A stretch of DNA of 56,796 bases, filler included, from Sphacelaria rigidula (GCA_964200075.2; 6 parts of 6 records of this genome joined end to end with filler, not necessarily neighbours in it); one strand, 5' to 3'. Counted from the whole stretch's first letter, positions 37,199 through 49,924 are shown. Program-made: numbers and translations. The notes: generated by a model from the letters alone, not told the origin.

Positions 37199-37933
37199 AC
37201 TATTCAAATTTGCGACAGCGATATTCCGAATAACTTTGCAAATGAAGATGTCCTGACCCATATTCTTGTGCATCTAGAATCGTTAGGAGACCCTGAACCA
37301 GACAAGATTTTGCGCGAAAATTGCACCCCTACCGTAGCATCGCTCAGAAGTATGCATGAGCCAGATGGAGTACCCTCGCGGTCGAAGGGCTGACAAGAAT
37401 TTTTGCGGAAACACCTGCATGCTGCTGGTGGTTGACTTGGCTTTATTTGACGTCCGTCGTTGGAGACGATCCTCAACCAAAACCATCCCCTGCGACAACC
37501 TCGAGCAAAATTTCACAGCAATAACTCACATCTAACGAGCTTAGATGCTTGTTGTGCAAACCGGTAATTATGGAAGGGACTCACGCCTAGGCCACAGCTA
37601 TGGTGGAGCGTAGAGTATTGAATGAACACGTCACTCACAACACCTTCTCATTTATTATTTTTTGTTTTGTTCTTTATACACCCACGTTCCACGGGGGGCA
37701 CGAGGATCGCATGCTAACCCCCTCATTAGGGAAGGTTCCCCCCGTCCAACACCGCCCACTGTGTTTGAGATTTAGAATGTGACAGGTCTATGTGGGAGTT
37801 GATACGGCGTTTGGGAGGGGGGGGGGGGGGGGGNNNNNNNNNNNNNNNNNNNNNNNNNNNNNNNNNNNNNNNNNNNNTTAATTAATTAANNNNNNNNNNN
37901 NNNNNNNNNNNNNNNNNNNNNNNNNNNNNNNNN

Positions 37934-38670
37934 GGGGAAAGCACTGTTTTAGACTCGAACCTCATCTCGGAGTTAAACCTCAATTTGCACAATTTGTTGT
38001 TATGGTCTGTGAGGGGCAGGAGTTGGTCGCCGTCCGAGACAAAATGCTCAGTGCCAGCGGGCGCCCCGACTTTAGGCAGTAATTCTGCAAGGTAGTGGCC
38101 GGTGAGGGCAGGCATACCGTTGCGGCGAACAAGCAAAACTTCTAAGAGTTGAGGCTCATCAGACAGGGTGACACCAGAACTGCCGGTGTACCGAAGGTGG
38201 TAAGCCGTTCCGGTAGCCTGCTCATTCTTTTGTAGGCTGAGGCACGATTGAGGGTACCAAAGTGTTTGAGTTGGAGTTCTCCACGAGGCGCCGACTCAGG
38301 CGATAATGGTGGAAGGGTACGGTATGTGCGTTGGTCGAAGCGCATGTGACTGTCTCTGCCAAGGAGGAGAGCATGATGCATGGTGCTATCAGGGACGATA
38401 TAAGCCCAGATTGCGAGGCTAGCCGAACGTGTATCGAGGTGAAAAAATTGCACACTAAGGCGAACAGATTTTTGTGTCGTCAAGGGTGAATTGGAGTCGC
38501 CGAAACCACCCCAAACGCGAGGTTGGGTGATGATTTCGCAGACATCGGAAGTAGGGCTAGTCTGCTTCATATGATTCCACATGGATTCTTTGACGAATGT
38601 CTATGGACTTCCGCTGTCTAACAACGAGACGCACTTGGCACGCGCGGTGGCGTAAGGGTCGCAGTGTAAT
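37934..38670 (-). pseudogene. Retropepsin-type aspartic protease region of pol, disrupted
   Basis: CVSLLDSGSP*TFVKES (catalytic D at 38616-38618, stop at 38601-38603)...WGGFG...VRLSVQF...LLLGRDS; then LVRRNGMPALTGHYL. Confidence 0.85.
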
Positions 38671-39756
38671 GCTACGTGGGTGGTGAAGGTGGCAGCATCA
38701 ACGGATACCTTACCACCAACAAGGTCAGGGCCATGTTCAGATAAGGTGAATTGGTCAGGAGTAGTTGGACTGACCGTGAAAACGGATGGCGGGTGATCCG
38801 CGGGGGTTCGAAGGTATCGATAGACATCGTGGGGGTCTGATCCGATCGTAAAGGGCAGCGTGTATTATGATTTTGTATCAATCTCGTAGATCACCAGCTT
38901 GGAATTACAAGGATCATTGTTGAATAGAGATTGCTGCGGAGTACGACAGGGGTCATCGGTGGAGGATGCGGTACCGTCTGAAAGGTCCGATTTTGGTTCC
39001 TTTGGGATACCTGGCAATGTCATCGAGCTCAAAGTCGCCGCTTTTTGGGGAGGATGAGGTCGGAATTTTCCTCTGACGGGAGGGGGACGTGTCAATGCTC
39101 GTGCTTCCGTGAGGGCATGACGACGAGGCTTCCTCTCGTGCCATGACAAATGACTGGAAACTTCCAAGACTTCTTGGGAAACTGCAACTGCGCCCAGTTG
39201 AGGTGATGTTGTCAACATTGGGGCATGCTCGGCCGAAACTTGTGGACTGTCCGCTGGCAAGCTCGGTACAAAGGGCACTGCTAAATGTGAAAGGCGACGG
39301 GTGTTGTCCGCTGTTTGTCGGGGGTAATTTCGCGGAAGAAGAGTGTCGCGAAAAACGACTACGATCAGGCCGGGCGGGAGTCGAAGGGTTTGAAGCGGTC
39401 AGTTTCGAAACATCAACACCAGAACCAGGTGAAGAAAGTCTGCTACAACCGGTGCGTGCGGGCGTTGAGGGAAGCCTGTGCCTCAACGGTCCGCGGTCGG
39501 TCTTCCCACACCTCAGATTTATACTTAGTTCCGGAGGACCAATCCTGGAGCCAAGCATAGAGCTGGATTGTGAGTCAACACAACGGTTACGCTGCGTATA
39601 TAAAGATAAAGACGGGGGTCGAGAAGAGCGGCCGTCATTAGATCTCCTGAATAGTGATGGGTGAGAACGTTTTGTCACCCGAGCGATGTTGTGTGTTGGA
39701 TGAGTCTTCGATTCTGCTGTCGGCGGCGCCGAAGACTTCACGCCGTCGTCGGCGTG

Positions 39757-42700
39757 TCATGGGTCGTTGCGATCCGTCATGAAAGAACCAGGGTTTCTGG
39801 CATTGGGGTTGTTGTTGTTGTGAGTTGGCCCTGTTCGTTGGTGATGACCATGTGAAGACTGAGAAGGGCGGAAAGCACTATCTCTATGGCGAGGACCTGA
39901 GACTGTGTTAGTGGTGTGGCGGCGGTCGCGATTTGAGTGAGAGTCGCTATGATTTTGGTAAGGCTGGCGAGGGTGGCGAGAAGGTGGAGTACACTCGCGC
40001 ATGCGTTTTTGCCATCGGCGCCACGCCTGCCTGTTGCTCTGAAGTTCAGGGTTCATGAGCGAAAATATATTGATGCAATGTTCAGGGTAATCTCGTATAC
40101 TGTGGCCAGTACCATTGCAGTTAAGACATGTGTTAGCATGGCGACGAAAAGCATCCCTGCGAGCCGAAGGCGAAAGCAAGGGGTCCACAAATGTGGGTCA
40201 TCGGTGATGAAAGCAGTCGTGGAAACGACATAAACGTCATCAAAGGTGTCTGCCGAAAAAGGCCAAGCATCGAAGCTTGCACCGAACGGGACTCTTTTGT
40301 TATGAACAGGCATGACCGATCCACCGACAGAGTTTGGTGTACAACTATTATTGGACAAAGTCTGAGTGCGTCCACGAGATCCGGAGGTACTCGTTGAAGC
40401 GGCACGCAAGGTCTACGAAGACCCAGAAAAACACTGTGCGCCACGAATGGCAGGCGTTAAATTATGTTCCTGATCTACGAACGCATTCCACATCGCGTCT
40501 ACGAAGGCGTGAGCCACTTATTTGTGCGTCAAGGCGCCCGGAAACAAAGACGGCATCAGCGTCGGAAATTGCTGAGCGATACTATTGCGAACGTATCTTT
40601 GACACATAGCATCACTAGGGCCATTTTGTCGCCCGGTACCAGTCACACTCGGCACCAAAAGCTTGAATTCGCGGAGGTAGTCAGCAAAGGGTACGTCTGT
40701 TGCCACGGCGAAGGAACTAAGGCGCTTGATGGCGCCTGCCTGATCAGACTTATCAAAGTAACCTATGAAACGCTTTTCCAACTTGCTGAATAATAACGGC
40801 GCTGGTTGCCCGCTGGCACGATCTTGGTCCATGGCGGCGAAGAAGGAATCGATCGAGAATCTGAGTCAAAGAAGCAACAACGTCAGGGGAGCGGAAACTA
40901 ATTGAGCGGTGCAAAGCCTTATGCAGCGGTGTTTGCCATCCATCAACCCAGTCGGAATCTTCGAAACGTTGTTGACCAGTCGCATCGGCCAATTTACGGG
41001 TGTTGCGCATCGTTCGACGCATTGAGGAAATGAGGGCTGATATGAACTGACCAGAGTCTTCATTGTCTGCAGCAGGCATGGATTTGATATGCCAGAGTTT
41101 CTTTACATCCATCTGTAAGTATTCTCGCTTTACGACAGCGACACGAGACGCTTCTCTACGAGTATCGGAAGCCATTTTATCCGCGGCAGCTTGGCGTTTG
41201 GCTGCGGCGGCGGCAGCTAGTGGCCGAGCCGAGTTGGAAGACAATGGGTGAGCCGAATTGTCACTACCACTATCCGTGAGACCTTGAATGCGAGCAGACG
41301 CATCAGCTAAAGGAGGCATTACTTGCCTGACGGCCGATGAGGGCATGTCGTACCGAGTTGAGGCGTGGGGGCGGTGTCGTGCAGTCGACGAACCCGAAGA
41401 CTGGTTGCCAGCCCGTTTGTGAGTGCCTCGGGTCGATCGTCGATTGTTGTTGTTAGTGCGGTGGGACCCGTGCCCACGGTGTGGTGCAGCCCCGGAAGGG
41501 TCGTCGTCAGAGTCGTCATCATCATGACGATGGCGAGGGGGGTGCGGGGTGATCCAAGCTCCATCATCGTCGTGCGGCAGTGTGTTGTGGGCTTCCCGCA
41601 TGGCGGCAAAGAGAGCGGCGACGGCGGTCTCATAATTAGAACGACCGTCCCCGGCACCAACCGTGAGATAGAGCAAGACTCGTTCCATGGTGAGAGCGCC
41701 GGGATCGTTGCGCGGGAGCTGTCCATCTTGTTGGAGAAAGGGGACGATCACACTATTGACGGGCAAAATGAGAGAGCTCCAAGCCTGCTCAGAGGCACGA
41801 AGGACGTTGTTGCAAGTGTTTTCTCCCGAAAGTTGGCGGAGCGTCCAACCAAGCCAAGCACGTTCGCTGCCCTGCAGGTGCAGCCCGGGTGTGGCGGCGG
41901 GGGGCGCCGAAATCCGAGGGACCTGCAGTGGTGCAGGCGGGGGAAGCGTAAGCGAAGCCGCAGAAGCCGCGGCAGCAGCGCGTAAGCGCGAAGACTGAGG
42001 GTCTGTTCGAGAGCCAGAAATGGCGGCGACAGGTGCCGGCTCTGCCGGCGTGATCCGGAGCAGAGGAAGATGTTGTTCTTGTTCCATGGAACGTAGAGCA
42101 GTGGTCGCGGTTTCGGTTGCGGTCTCGCATTGACGCAAACGGTGTTCATCGCGGCGTACGGAATCCTATATCTGGCCGAGCGTAGCGAGGCGTTCATTGG
42201 GGTTACGTTGAGCCGCCCGCTGGCGGCTGGATGCCGAATCAACGGCCTGGCCTTGGCGCGCCAGTCGTTCCGCGAGGTCATCCTGAAGGAGACGGGGAGC
42301 AGCGTTGTCCACCGATTGTCCGGGTGAAGGTGGCGCCGGGGCCGTGGCCGGTTCGAAAGCTTGATATTCAGCCAGAATTTGTTCCTGGTCTGCTCGGGCG
42401 CCACGAAGCCAGAGCCGGGGCGGAAGACCCGACGGGTAATGCTCGACGCCTAACAGGGGGCGATCGTTTGTGTCGTGCTCGGGGGCAGGCGCCGGAGCCG
42501 AGCCCGCGGCAGTGGAATTTGGCGCCGAAGGGACCGATCTCGCCGAAACGGCCGCGACAGGGGTGTGATCCTGATCCGTCGTGGCGGAATCCGCTGGGGC
42601 CGCCGCGCGGGGAGCGGGGGGCGTGACACGGGTGCTCTCGGCATCCGTATCGATGTCGGCTGCCGTAGAAGGGGCAGGGGCTGCGATGGGTGCAGTAGTC

Positions 42701-43950
42701 GAAGGTGCAGGGGCATTGGCCATAGTTTCAGCGGAGTGTAAGTAGCACACACGACTACTGTTCGACAGCGCACACAGTGGCAGCATCGGGATGGGGCGGA
42801 AAGGCAAGGTGAGTGCTGCTTCCGCTGCGTAAAGGTGCGTGAATATTAGCCAACGAAGCATCAACGGGCAGTCGTGAGCTCACATGTGTCTGATCGACAG
42901 ATTTAGGCCGTGAGGATCCCGTGGTTGAAGAAAGTCCCGATAACAGAGCACGTACATCATGGGCATGAGTAGTGGTATCACCGTGGTGAACAAGGTCGTC
43001 ATGATCCAAATCAAAATCAGAAGCAACATCTGAGGCTGAACGTACATCATCAGGGTCTGCAGCCAGTGGTACAGAGGCTCGATGGTTCATATTACTGTCA
43101 AAGTGAACATGATCAGAAGAAGTTGAATGTTCAACGGCTGTGTGAAACGCGGTTGCAAGCGCTTGTGAAAGGGCAGTTGTCGCCGGACCGTCAGAAATGA
43201 CAGCCGGTGATGAACGAAGCAGGTGCTCAAGAGCTGTGACTAAAGGCAAGTGCTCTGTGGAAGGCGCTTCGGAGCGGCCAAGACGCGAGGAGGATGTTCG
43301 GCGCGAGGTGCGGTGAACAGAAGTGTCCTCACGATATATGTCTTGTCGGTGCTGGCGCTGGGAGGCGTCGTAACCCTCAACACCGCAAGCGGGGGGTGAG
43401 TCAATAACCGCGGTGGGAGCCTGAAGCGGTTGGCGTTCCACAACAATGGCGACGCGTGACGACCCATCAGACATATGGGAACCCCGAGACTGAGCCCGTT
43501 GTACAACAGAGCGAGCGCGTAGCGACTCGTCGACCATGTTGGAAGTCTTGGACAGTGTACGATCCGCGACAGAGCGAGCGCGGAGCGACTCGTCGATATT
43601 GCCGGGAGCCTTGGACAATGAACGATCCGCGACAGGGCGAGCGCGTAGCGACTCGTCGATAATGCCGGGAGTCTTGAACGGTGTTCGGTTCGCAACAGAG
43701 CGAGCGCGGAGCGTCTCGTCGATAATGTTGGAAGTCTTGGGCAGATGGCGGTCGTGGTCACCAACAGCAGCCAAGTCTTGAGACGTGTAGTCGTCAGAGT
43801 TGCGAGTCGAAGCTCTGTCGGATTTCACTTCTTCGTGTGCAGGGGAAGTAATAGTGAAAGGTTTGGTTTTGAAAGGATTGATTAAAGTAAACGCTGACGG
43901 CGTAAGGATTCGTAAGTAGGCAGGGCCGAGAGGGGAATTATTTTCTGCGG
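39757..43950 (-). pseudogene. gag-like region, frameshifted, with degenerate CCHC knuckle
   Basis: Long overlapping ORFs 43828-42755, 42864-42166, 42138-40753 and 40832-40518 (FADYLREFKLLV); knuckle CLNCNGTGHSIRDY at about 40128-40087. Confidence 0.7.
43487..43738 (-). repeat. Four 63-bp in-frame tandem repeats (KT..IIDESLRARSVADR)
   Basis: Visible in both DNA and the ORF 42755..43828 translation. Confidence 0.9.
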
Positions 43951-44852
43951 TTGCGCCATGTTAAATTGAAGAAGTAGAAATGGACGCCAGAAACCCGAGT
44001 ACAAGGTTCCTGGTGGTATAATAATAGCAGGTAGTGTAGACTCGGCAGGAGATTGTAAGTACCGAGAACAAATTAAGCAGTAAAGACTGCAGAATTTTAT
44101 AAACGGAGTTACACCAAACTAGAGTAGACTGCTGTGATAATAATAATCAGCGTAATCTCGGCAATTCCGAGTACCAAAAGGCAGACAGCAGAGCAAAAAG
44201 GTGAAGATTTTGCAACGCCGAAAAGAGAGGATCTGCGGCGGAAATAAGACACCTCTAGAGAAAACTGTGTATGGGGGAGTGGGGGGGGCGCACTGAAGGT
44301 GTATCAAAGGTGTAGATAGTCGCAGAGGAACAAACTCACAGATAAACTCAGCAGTTCTCGCACGAGCGGCTTGGTGCAGGAGTAAACCCTAACAATGAGG
44401 CGACTGTGAAAGGAGACAGACAGCCGGGCAGAAGTCCAACGGGCGCGCTGTGCACGGCAAATGTGACAGGAATACGTAGTGGCCAGGCACACGCTGGACA
44501 AGGGTGTTGCAGTGGTGCAAGCAAAATACCGCACACAGGAGGTGTAGAAAAACACCACTCGAGACCGCGGAAGGAGGCACCAATACTAGTGTAGAATACG
44601 TTGCCAAAAGGGAGGCGCTGTGTAAGTATCTGTGAAATTCAAGACAGAAAAAGAATCAAAAGTGCGGCAACGAGGGTGCGAAACAGTGAACTCAAGTGCA
44701 GGGGTCCAAGAGAAGACAGCTGTAGCAGTCGACTGAAACACTAATTGTTGGTGCAGGTCAGGCGCCAAGCGGAAAAGACTACCGGGGGATACGAAATTCC
44801 GAACAAGGAATCAGGGAATCGTAAAGCGATCCAGGTAGTGGAGCACCAAAGT

Positions 44853-44908
44853 GGAAAAAGTCAAAGAGGAAAAAGTTAAAGAGGAAAAAGTCAAAGAGGA
44901 CAAAGTAG
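44853..44908. repeat. About four 15-bp tandem repeats (GGAAAAAGTCAAAGA)
   Basis: Direct inspection; lies in the retroelement leader. Confidence 0.8.
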
Positions 44909-45841
44909 AACACGCTGTGCAAGGCCAAAAGGAAGAAGGAATCGCGGATATAGTACCCGCGTGAAAGATTAAAAAACAAATGTATTCACCAGTACACGCA
45001 CAAAAGATGAAAAACGCCTCCGGGAGTGCACGACCCAAAAGTGAAAAGTTGACCACGTAGTGCTCACCCGGCGAAAAATGTAGTAGCGGGGCGGAGGTGT
45101 GATAGAAACCTGATGAGAGGTGCGACGAGAGACGTACAGCACCGAATGTATCACTTGGGTTGGTGCAGATTATCGCGCGGAAGAACAAACAGTGTGCGCT
45201 ACAGTACTCTGCACGCTGCAGCGGTGGTCGCTACTACCATAACTCTGCTGCGGCAGTCGTGACTACGCAATTGTCGCACCGAAAAAGTACGAAGACACAG
45301 CACTATAAACACAGCAGCGGCACACAAGTGTCAACGTCCGCGAGGAGAAAAGGTACAGTCGCTTTCGCCGTAAGATAGAAGCGGCGTATTCTGTAACGGT
45401 TCAGTAAGGGATAGTGTCAACTGTCCGTACAGTTTTAGAACAACCCAGCTGACACAACGTTGGGCGGGGTTGAAAAGGACGATGACAACAGAACAAGGGC
45501 ACTGCAAAGCAAGAGTGTCGCCCAACAAAAGGAGCGACCAGAACAGGAGAGGGACAAATGGCAGTTTGCAATTGTTGCTGCTGCGGCGGAGATGCAACGG
45601 AAAGAAATGCAGGGAGACAGCACCGTAGTACAGCAAAAGAAAAGCACTCTAAAAGCTAAACGAAAACGAAGAACTGTTTGAACTGCTACTAACTAGGGGG
45701 GGGAAATACAGATGAACCAAAAGTGAGGAGTAGCAAACGGGGGCTACAGAAAAAGACAGCTAGACAAGGCAACAAGGCTATGAGAATACGCGTGGGCTAC
45801 TGAAACACCAAGCAAGACACGGCCAATTAGTCGAACGCCAG

Positions 45842-46385
45842 TGTAATAGGGAGGGGTGTGAACAAGCTCCACACCCTCCTAGCTATGATCAATGTGCTGC
45901 AAGCTTCGGTAGATGCGCAAACGCGCAAGGTGTCCGAGTAAAACAAGCTGCAGCTACACACGTGCAGATTCACGTGACTGTTGGTTACAGTAGCAAATAA
46001 ACAAAAGGTAGCTCAAAGGCTTGATATCTCTTAATCTCTCACTGATTATTCCCTTGATCGCCCAGCACACTGTTCTCACCAAAGATAAACAGTAGGAGAA
46101 GATGGTCCGGCTCGAAGGGTAGCTCAGGAGCGAGCGAGGGTGCATGAGGCACGGTAGAGCAACCTACTTTTGAACTCGGCCCGGAGAGGCGTTTCGCCTC
46201 CCCGGGACTAGGGCACACCAATCTGCACACTACTCTTCCCCAGCTAGGGTACACCAGTCTGTACACCAATCTTCCCAGAGTTATGGGAGCATTCCCGTGG
46301 ACAGATCGAATAATCTGTAAACCAACCTGCCCCAAAGTTGTCTGTGGGAACAAACAACGCCTCTCTATCTTCCTTCCTCATGACA
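45842..46385 (-). repeat. Putative LTR (544 bp)
   Basis: Minus strand TGTCATGAGG...CCCTATTACA; preceded by a PPT-like GGGTGGGTGAG (46386-46396); followed by c-TGGCGTTCG; shares TT.CTC.GACACCTTG near its 3' end with the other LTR. Only one copy is present. Confidence 0.6.
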
Positions 46386-46982
46386 CTCACCCACCCAGAC
46401 GAACCTCTATTTGAGTTGCGATGAAATCTCAAGAGCAACTAAACTTGAGGCTTGTCTCACCCATCAAGTCATGAGGAGACAACACGAAAAAGAAAAGAAA
46501 AGAAAACAAGAGGGCAATGACCAGCCTGGTGCCCGATCCTCCCACACCTCAAACAAGAAAAACCAAAGGTGCCTCAAAAAGCGCAATTACGCAATTGCGG
46601 TTGACTGCGCAGGAGCACACAATACTGCTGCGAGCTAGCGAACAAACAGCGAAAGCGCACAATGCTTTGACGCGCGAGCTAGATAAAAAGCAAAGGAAAA
46701 TCCCGCAAAGGACACAGTGGTAATCTCAAGCAGGAGACAAAACTCAAGGACCCGAACATGGTCGAGTGCCAGCCAGACAAAGCGGCGGCAGCGTAGGGGC
46801 AAATGGGGCCAATGGAAGTCGTCGAAGAGGTTGATGAGGGCATAGATGAGCCGCGATAGGAGAGCCAGCGTAGGTGAAGCAGTGAAGAGTAGAGCGCACC
46901 TGAGGGGGGACGAAGAAAGTACCAGAACCAAACTGGAAGGGCAGATACAAATCGCGTTAAAGGGAGTGCGAAGAGATGGAAC

Positions 46983-47315
46983 TCAAGATGGGGCATTGAT
47001 GTCGTGGGTACGATCGATATTTCGCTGAAGACCTCGACGTAAGCCGTGTGACTTGAAGCGTTGTAGGCGCCAAGAACTGCGGGGTGCGGAAGGGCTGGTT
47101 GTGTAAAAATCGGGGCGAAGCTTGAGCTGAACTGGGCCAGGGTCGTCGAGGAAACGCACGATATACGTGTCGACCGCGAGGGCATCGACGGAGTGGATCT
47201 GACCTAGCCACCAGAGGTAATCGCTGCCCTTATACCACAAGTAGGCACCTTTAGGGAGCGGTTGTTGTTTTGCGCGAATCTTTTCGTCCCATTGTTTGGT
47301 GGGTACGAGTTCGTA
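46983..47315 (-). CDS. Probable C-terminus of Gypsy pol with a PWWP/Tudor-like domain (open to contig end)
   Basis: YELVPTKQWDEKIRAKQQPLPKGAYLWYKGSDYLWWLGQIHSVDALAVDTYIVRFLDDPGPVQLKL...*; lies about 600 bp upstream of the PPT/LTR on the element's sense strand. Confidence 0.65.
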   Translation of the reverse strand, partial: YELVPTKQWDEKIRAKQQPLPKGAYLWYKGSDYLWWLGQIHSVDALAVDTYIVRFLDDPGPVQLKLRPDFYTTSPSAPRSSWRLQRFKSHGLRRGLQRNIDRTHDINAPS

Positions 47316-47429
47316 NNNNNNNNNNNNNNNNNNNNNNNNNNNNNNNNNNNNNNNNNNNNTTAATTAATTAANNNNNNNNNNNNNNNNNNNNNNNNNNNNN
47401 NNNNNNNNNNNNNNNCGTAGGCGCAGGGA

Positions 47430-47497
47430 TATCCTTGTGACAGGGTTGACAGGTTTGTCCTTGTGACAGCGATGACAGATATGTCCTTGTGACACGG
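47430..47497. repeat. Three ~26-bp tandem repeats (TCCTTGTGACA...)
   Basis: Direct inspection. Confidence 0.7.
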
Positions 47498-47574
47498 ATG
47501 CATCATTACACAAGTACTTCACAGAGGGGACCTAAATAAATGTACGTGAGCAATTGTTGGTACTATGGAGATGC

Positions 47575-48620
47575 CACGAACCCTAACGCTAACCCCAACC
47601 CTAACATCGACCAAGGCATAGCGAGAACTCTCGGGCAAGAGGGATGCAGAGTGCTTCTTAAGGGCCGTTATTATCGACACAGCTGTTTAGGAGATCGTCA
47701 AGATTTTAGGCGTTTTCGCACCTGGCGCTTGGCCTTCTCCGAAAATGAAGCGGCTAGATTTTTCCGCCAAACCTTCACGTTTGGCGAACGGCAAATATTT
47801 CGGACCGCAGCGCAATACTCCGCAGAGCTGCCCGTGGCGGACGCCGTGGCGCTCGCAAGCATGCGAGAATAATCAGGAACCTTGCTAGTGACACCCTGGC
47901 CTATGCCGTAGAGTAAAAAGCACCGCGGGTTGGCGGTGTTTATGTTCTTAAGACCGTGTGTGCCCCGGCAGCGGTGTTGGAGCTGTTGGGGTCAAGCACG
48001 GTGGTCGTTTGCAGACAAATGCACTTTCTAAGTGAAGAGTAGAAACAACCCAGTAACTACCTACTTGCCTGCAGTGCTGCTTCGAGTGTACGCTACTGCA
48101 CTGTCTGAAAAGTGTATTGCTGGGGGTTTATGTGATGTATCTGCGCATACAACTCACAGAGAGCAAGCATGCTGCAATCTATGCACGGGGCTTTCTGCAG
48201 TCGGTATTTTTACTCATGTGTGCTCCTACAGCATCCCGAGAGAGCCAGTTGATCACGCCCTAGCTTGTCCGACTGCTCCCCTGTGTCACAGAGAGGTTGT
48301 GAGAAATGTGTTTGCCACAGTTATGAACGCCATACACGGCAGGTAGAATAACCCTGTCCTTTATTTTGACGGCGAAGGCAAGCAAACGACGAGATCAGCA
48401 CCATCTGTAATAAGATATCTAACAGCAACAGTAAATTTAGATAATAACGAACCCTAGGCTATTGCCGGAATTTCAGATCTTCTCCCATTTTTTCTTTCGA
48501 CGATAATGGAGGCCCTGAGTAAAGCGTGCGTTGCGAGAGCTCAAACAGACGCCTTTCGAGAGCTCAAATCGACGCCTTTGAGCCGATTTTGGACCAAAAC
48601 ACGTTCTGGACGACCTGGGT
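47575..48620 (+). mobile_element. Telomere-like-repeat element split by a Harbinger MITE
   Basis: AACCCTAACGCTAACCCCAACCCTAAC at about 47579-47605. Removing 47662-48515 restores ATGCAGAGTGCTTCTT(G/A)AGTAAAGCGTGCGTTGC, matching GTGCAAAGTGTTCCCTGGGCAAAGTGCGCGTTGC of the 615-800 copy. Confidence 0.7.
47662..48515 (+). mobile_element. Non-autonomous PIF/Harbinger (Tourist-like) element
   Basis: TAA|GGGCCGTTATTATCGAC...GACGATAATGGAGGCCC|TGA; the first ~270 bp are homologous to the transposase-bearing end at 17040-17326. Confidence 0.8.
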
Positions 48621-48795
48621 CTACTGCTCATCATTGCCCACCTGTCCCAAATCATGGATTTTCTCAGAACTTTCTTTAGTCTGAAATCAAGTAGAATCCA
48701 GTACCAAGCACCACATTGGAAAATGCGGGTATATGATATGATGAGTGAATTGTGGCAAAAGGTGCGCATTCGAAGGCGTACGTGACCTTTGACAA

Positions 48796-49073
48796 CGTGA
48801 GATTGAGAGTAGAGCGCTGATTGAGAGTGGCTTTAGTCATTCGATCTAACTTGCCCGTTTTTTTATTCCGTGCGCGCTTTTGTTTGCCTCCATCACTGGC
48901 CTGTGCTTATAGTTACACATCGATATCCTACTCAGGGATATCAAGGGCATCAGTGGCATGCTACTACAGAAATCATATCGGGCCTCGCGGAGGGGTATTT
49001 CGGAACTGAAACGATTTCTTCATTCAGTGGCCGCTTCTCACTCGCAATCGTATCCTCTACTCTCAATCTTACG
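48796..49073. mobile_element. MITE-like element with ~35-bp inverted repeats
   Basis: CGTGAGATTGAGAGTAGAGCGCTGATTGAGAGTG vs CACTCGCAATCGTATCCTCTACTCTCAATCTTACG. Confidence 0.55.
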
Positions 49074-49228
49074 GAAACATTGTTCTACGTAATTGGAGGC
49101 TCCCTCATCAGTTGTGTTTGTTTGTCCACGTCTCTTTTTTTTTCGCGGAGGGCATTAAATACCTGCTCATCGTCGCGGACAAAGCGATGACTCACGCGCT
49201 TTTTCTCTGTTTATTCTACCCATGTATA

Positions 49229-49510
49229 TTATGTACATGTATCATTTCGCATTTCCCCCCACTTTTGCCGACTTTTCTCTGCCATCAAGGCATTTTTTCC
49301 CGCGCTTTCTTTTGCAGCGCACTGAGAAGGCATACGAAGTATATTTATACTTTCGACTTGCGTCACCCCCGGGAGGCCCGTACCAACCTCCCGAAGGGGA
49401 ACCTTGTATGTACATGTGCCATTTCATTTTTTTCACCACTTTTGCCGAGTTTTCTCGAGCGGCAAGGCATTTTATCACGCGCTTTCTTTTGTAGTGCACG
49501 AAGAAGGCGC
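49229..49510. repeat. Diverged direct repeat, 177-bp spacing
   Basis: ATGTACATGT...CCACTTTTGCCGA...CAAGGCATTTT...CGCGCTTTCTTTTG at 49231 and 49408. Confidence 0.75.
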
Positions 49511-49924
49511 AGCGGTACATTATCGTTCAGCTTTGGGTGCCATCTGATGCCTGTGGAGCGTGTCCTGGCCATCGAAAGTCGCCCACACTGGCTCTTTTTT
49601 GCGGGGTGTCGATCTCGAACCACAAACGCCTTACCAAGAAAATGGAAAACTTCAAACGAGAACCCGAACCACAAAAGCCTGTTCATGGCGGAGTATTTTT
49701 CCACCGTGATTTTCTTGGCGTTGTCGTTGATTTGGGAGCACGAAGACAGTGGTTATGCAGTCAATGTCACGAGAATGTGAGAGCAAAGCAGTAGGAAACA
49801 CTTGAACATTGCCTTGGCTTTAGTCAGCAACGAACACAAGTCGACGTGGAGCCTCTAACACCGCCTTATCTGCGTCATGTGTGTCCCAGTTATGCAAACT
49901 CAACAGTCCACAAAAGCATGTTAA

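Larger units (their letters stand above)
37934..47315 (-). mobile_element. Ty3/Gypsy LTR retrotransposon filling contig 5 (pol 3' end - PPT - LTR - long leader - gag - protease)
   Basis: Gag zinc knuckle, aspartic protease, LTR and PPT as itemised below; homologous at protein level to the element at 50419-56796. Confidence 0.85.
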
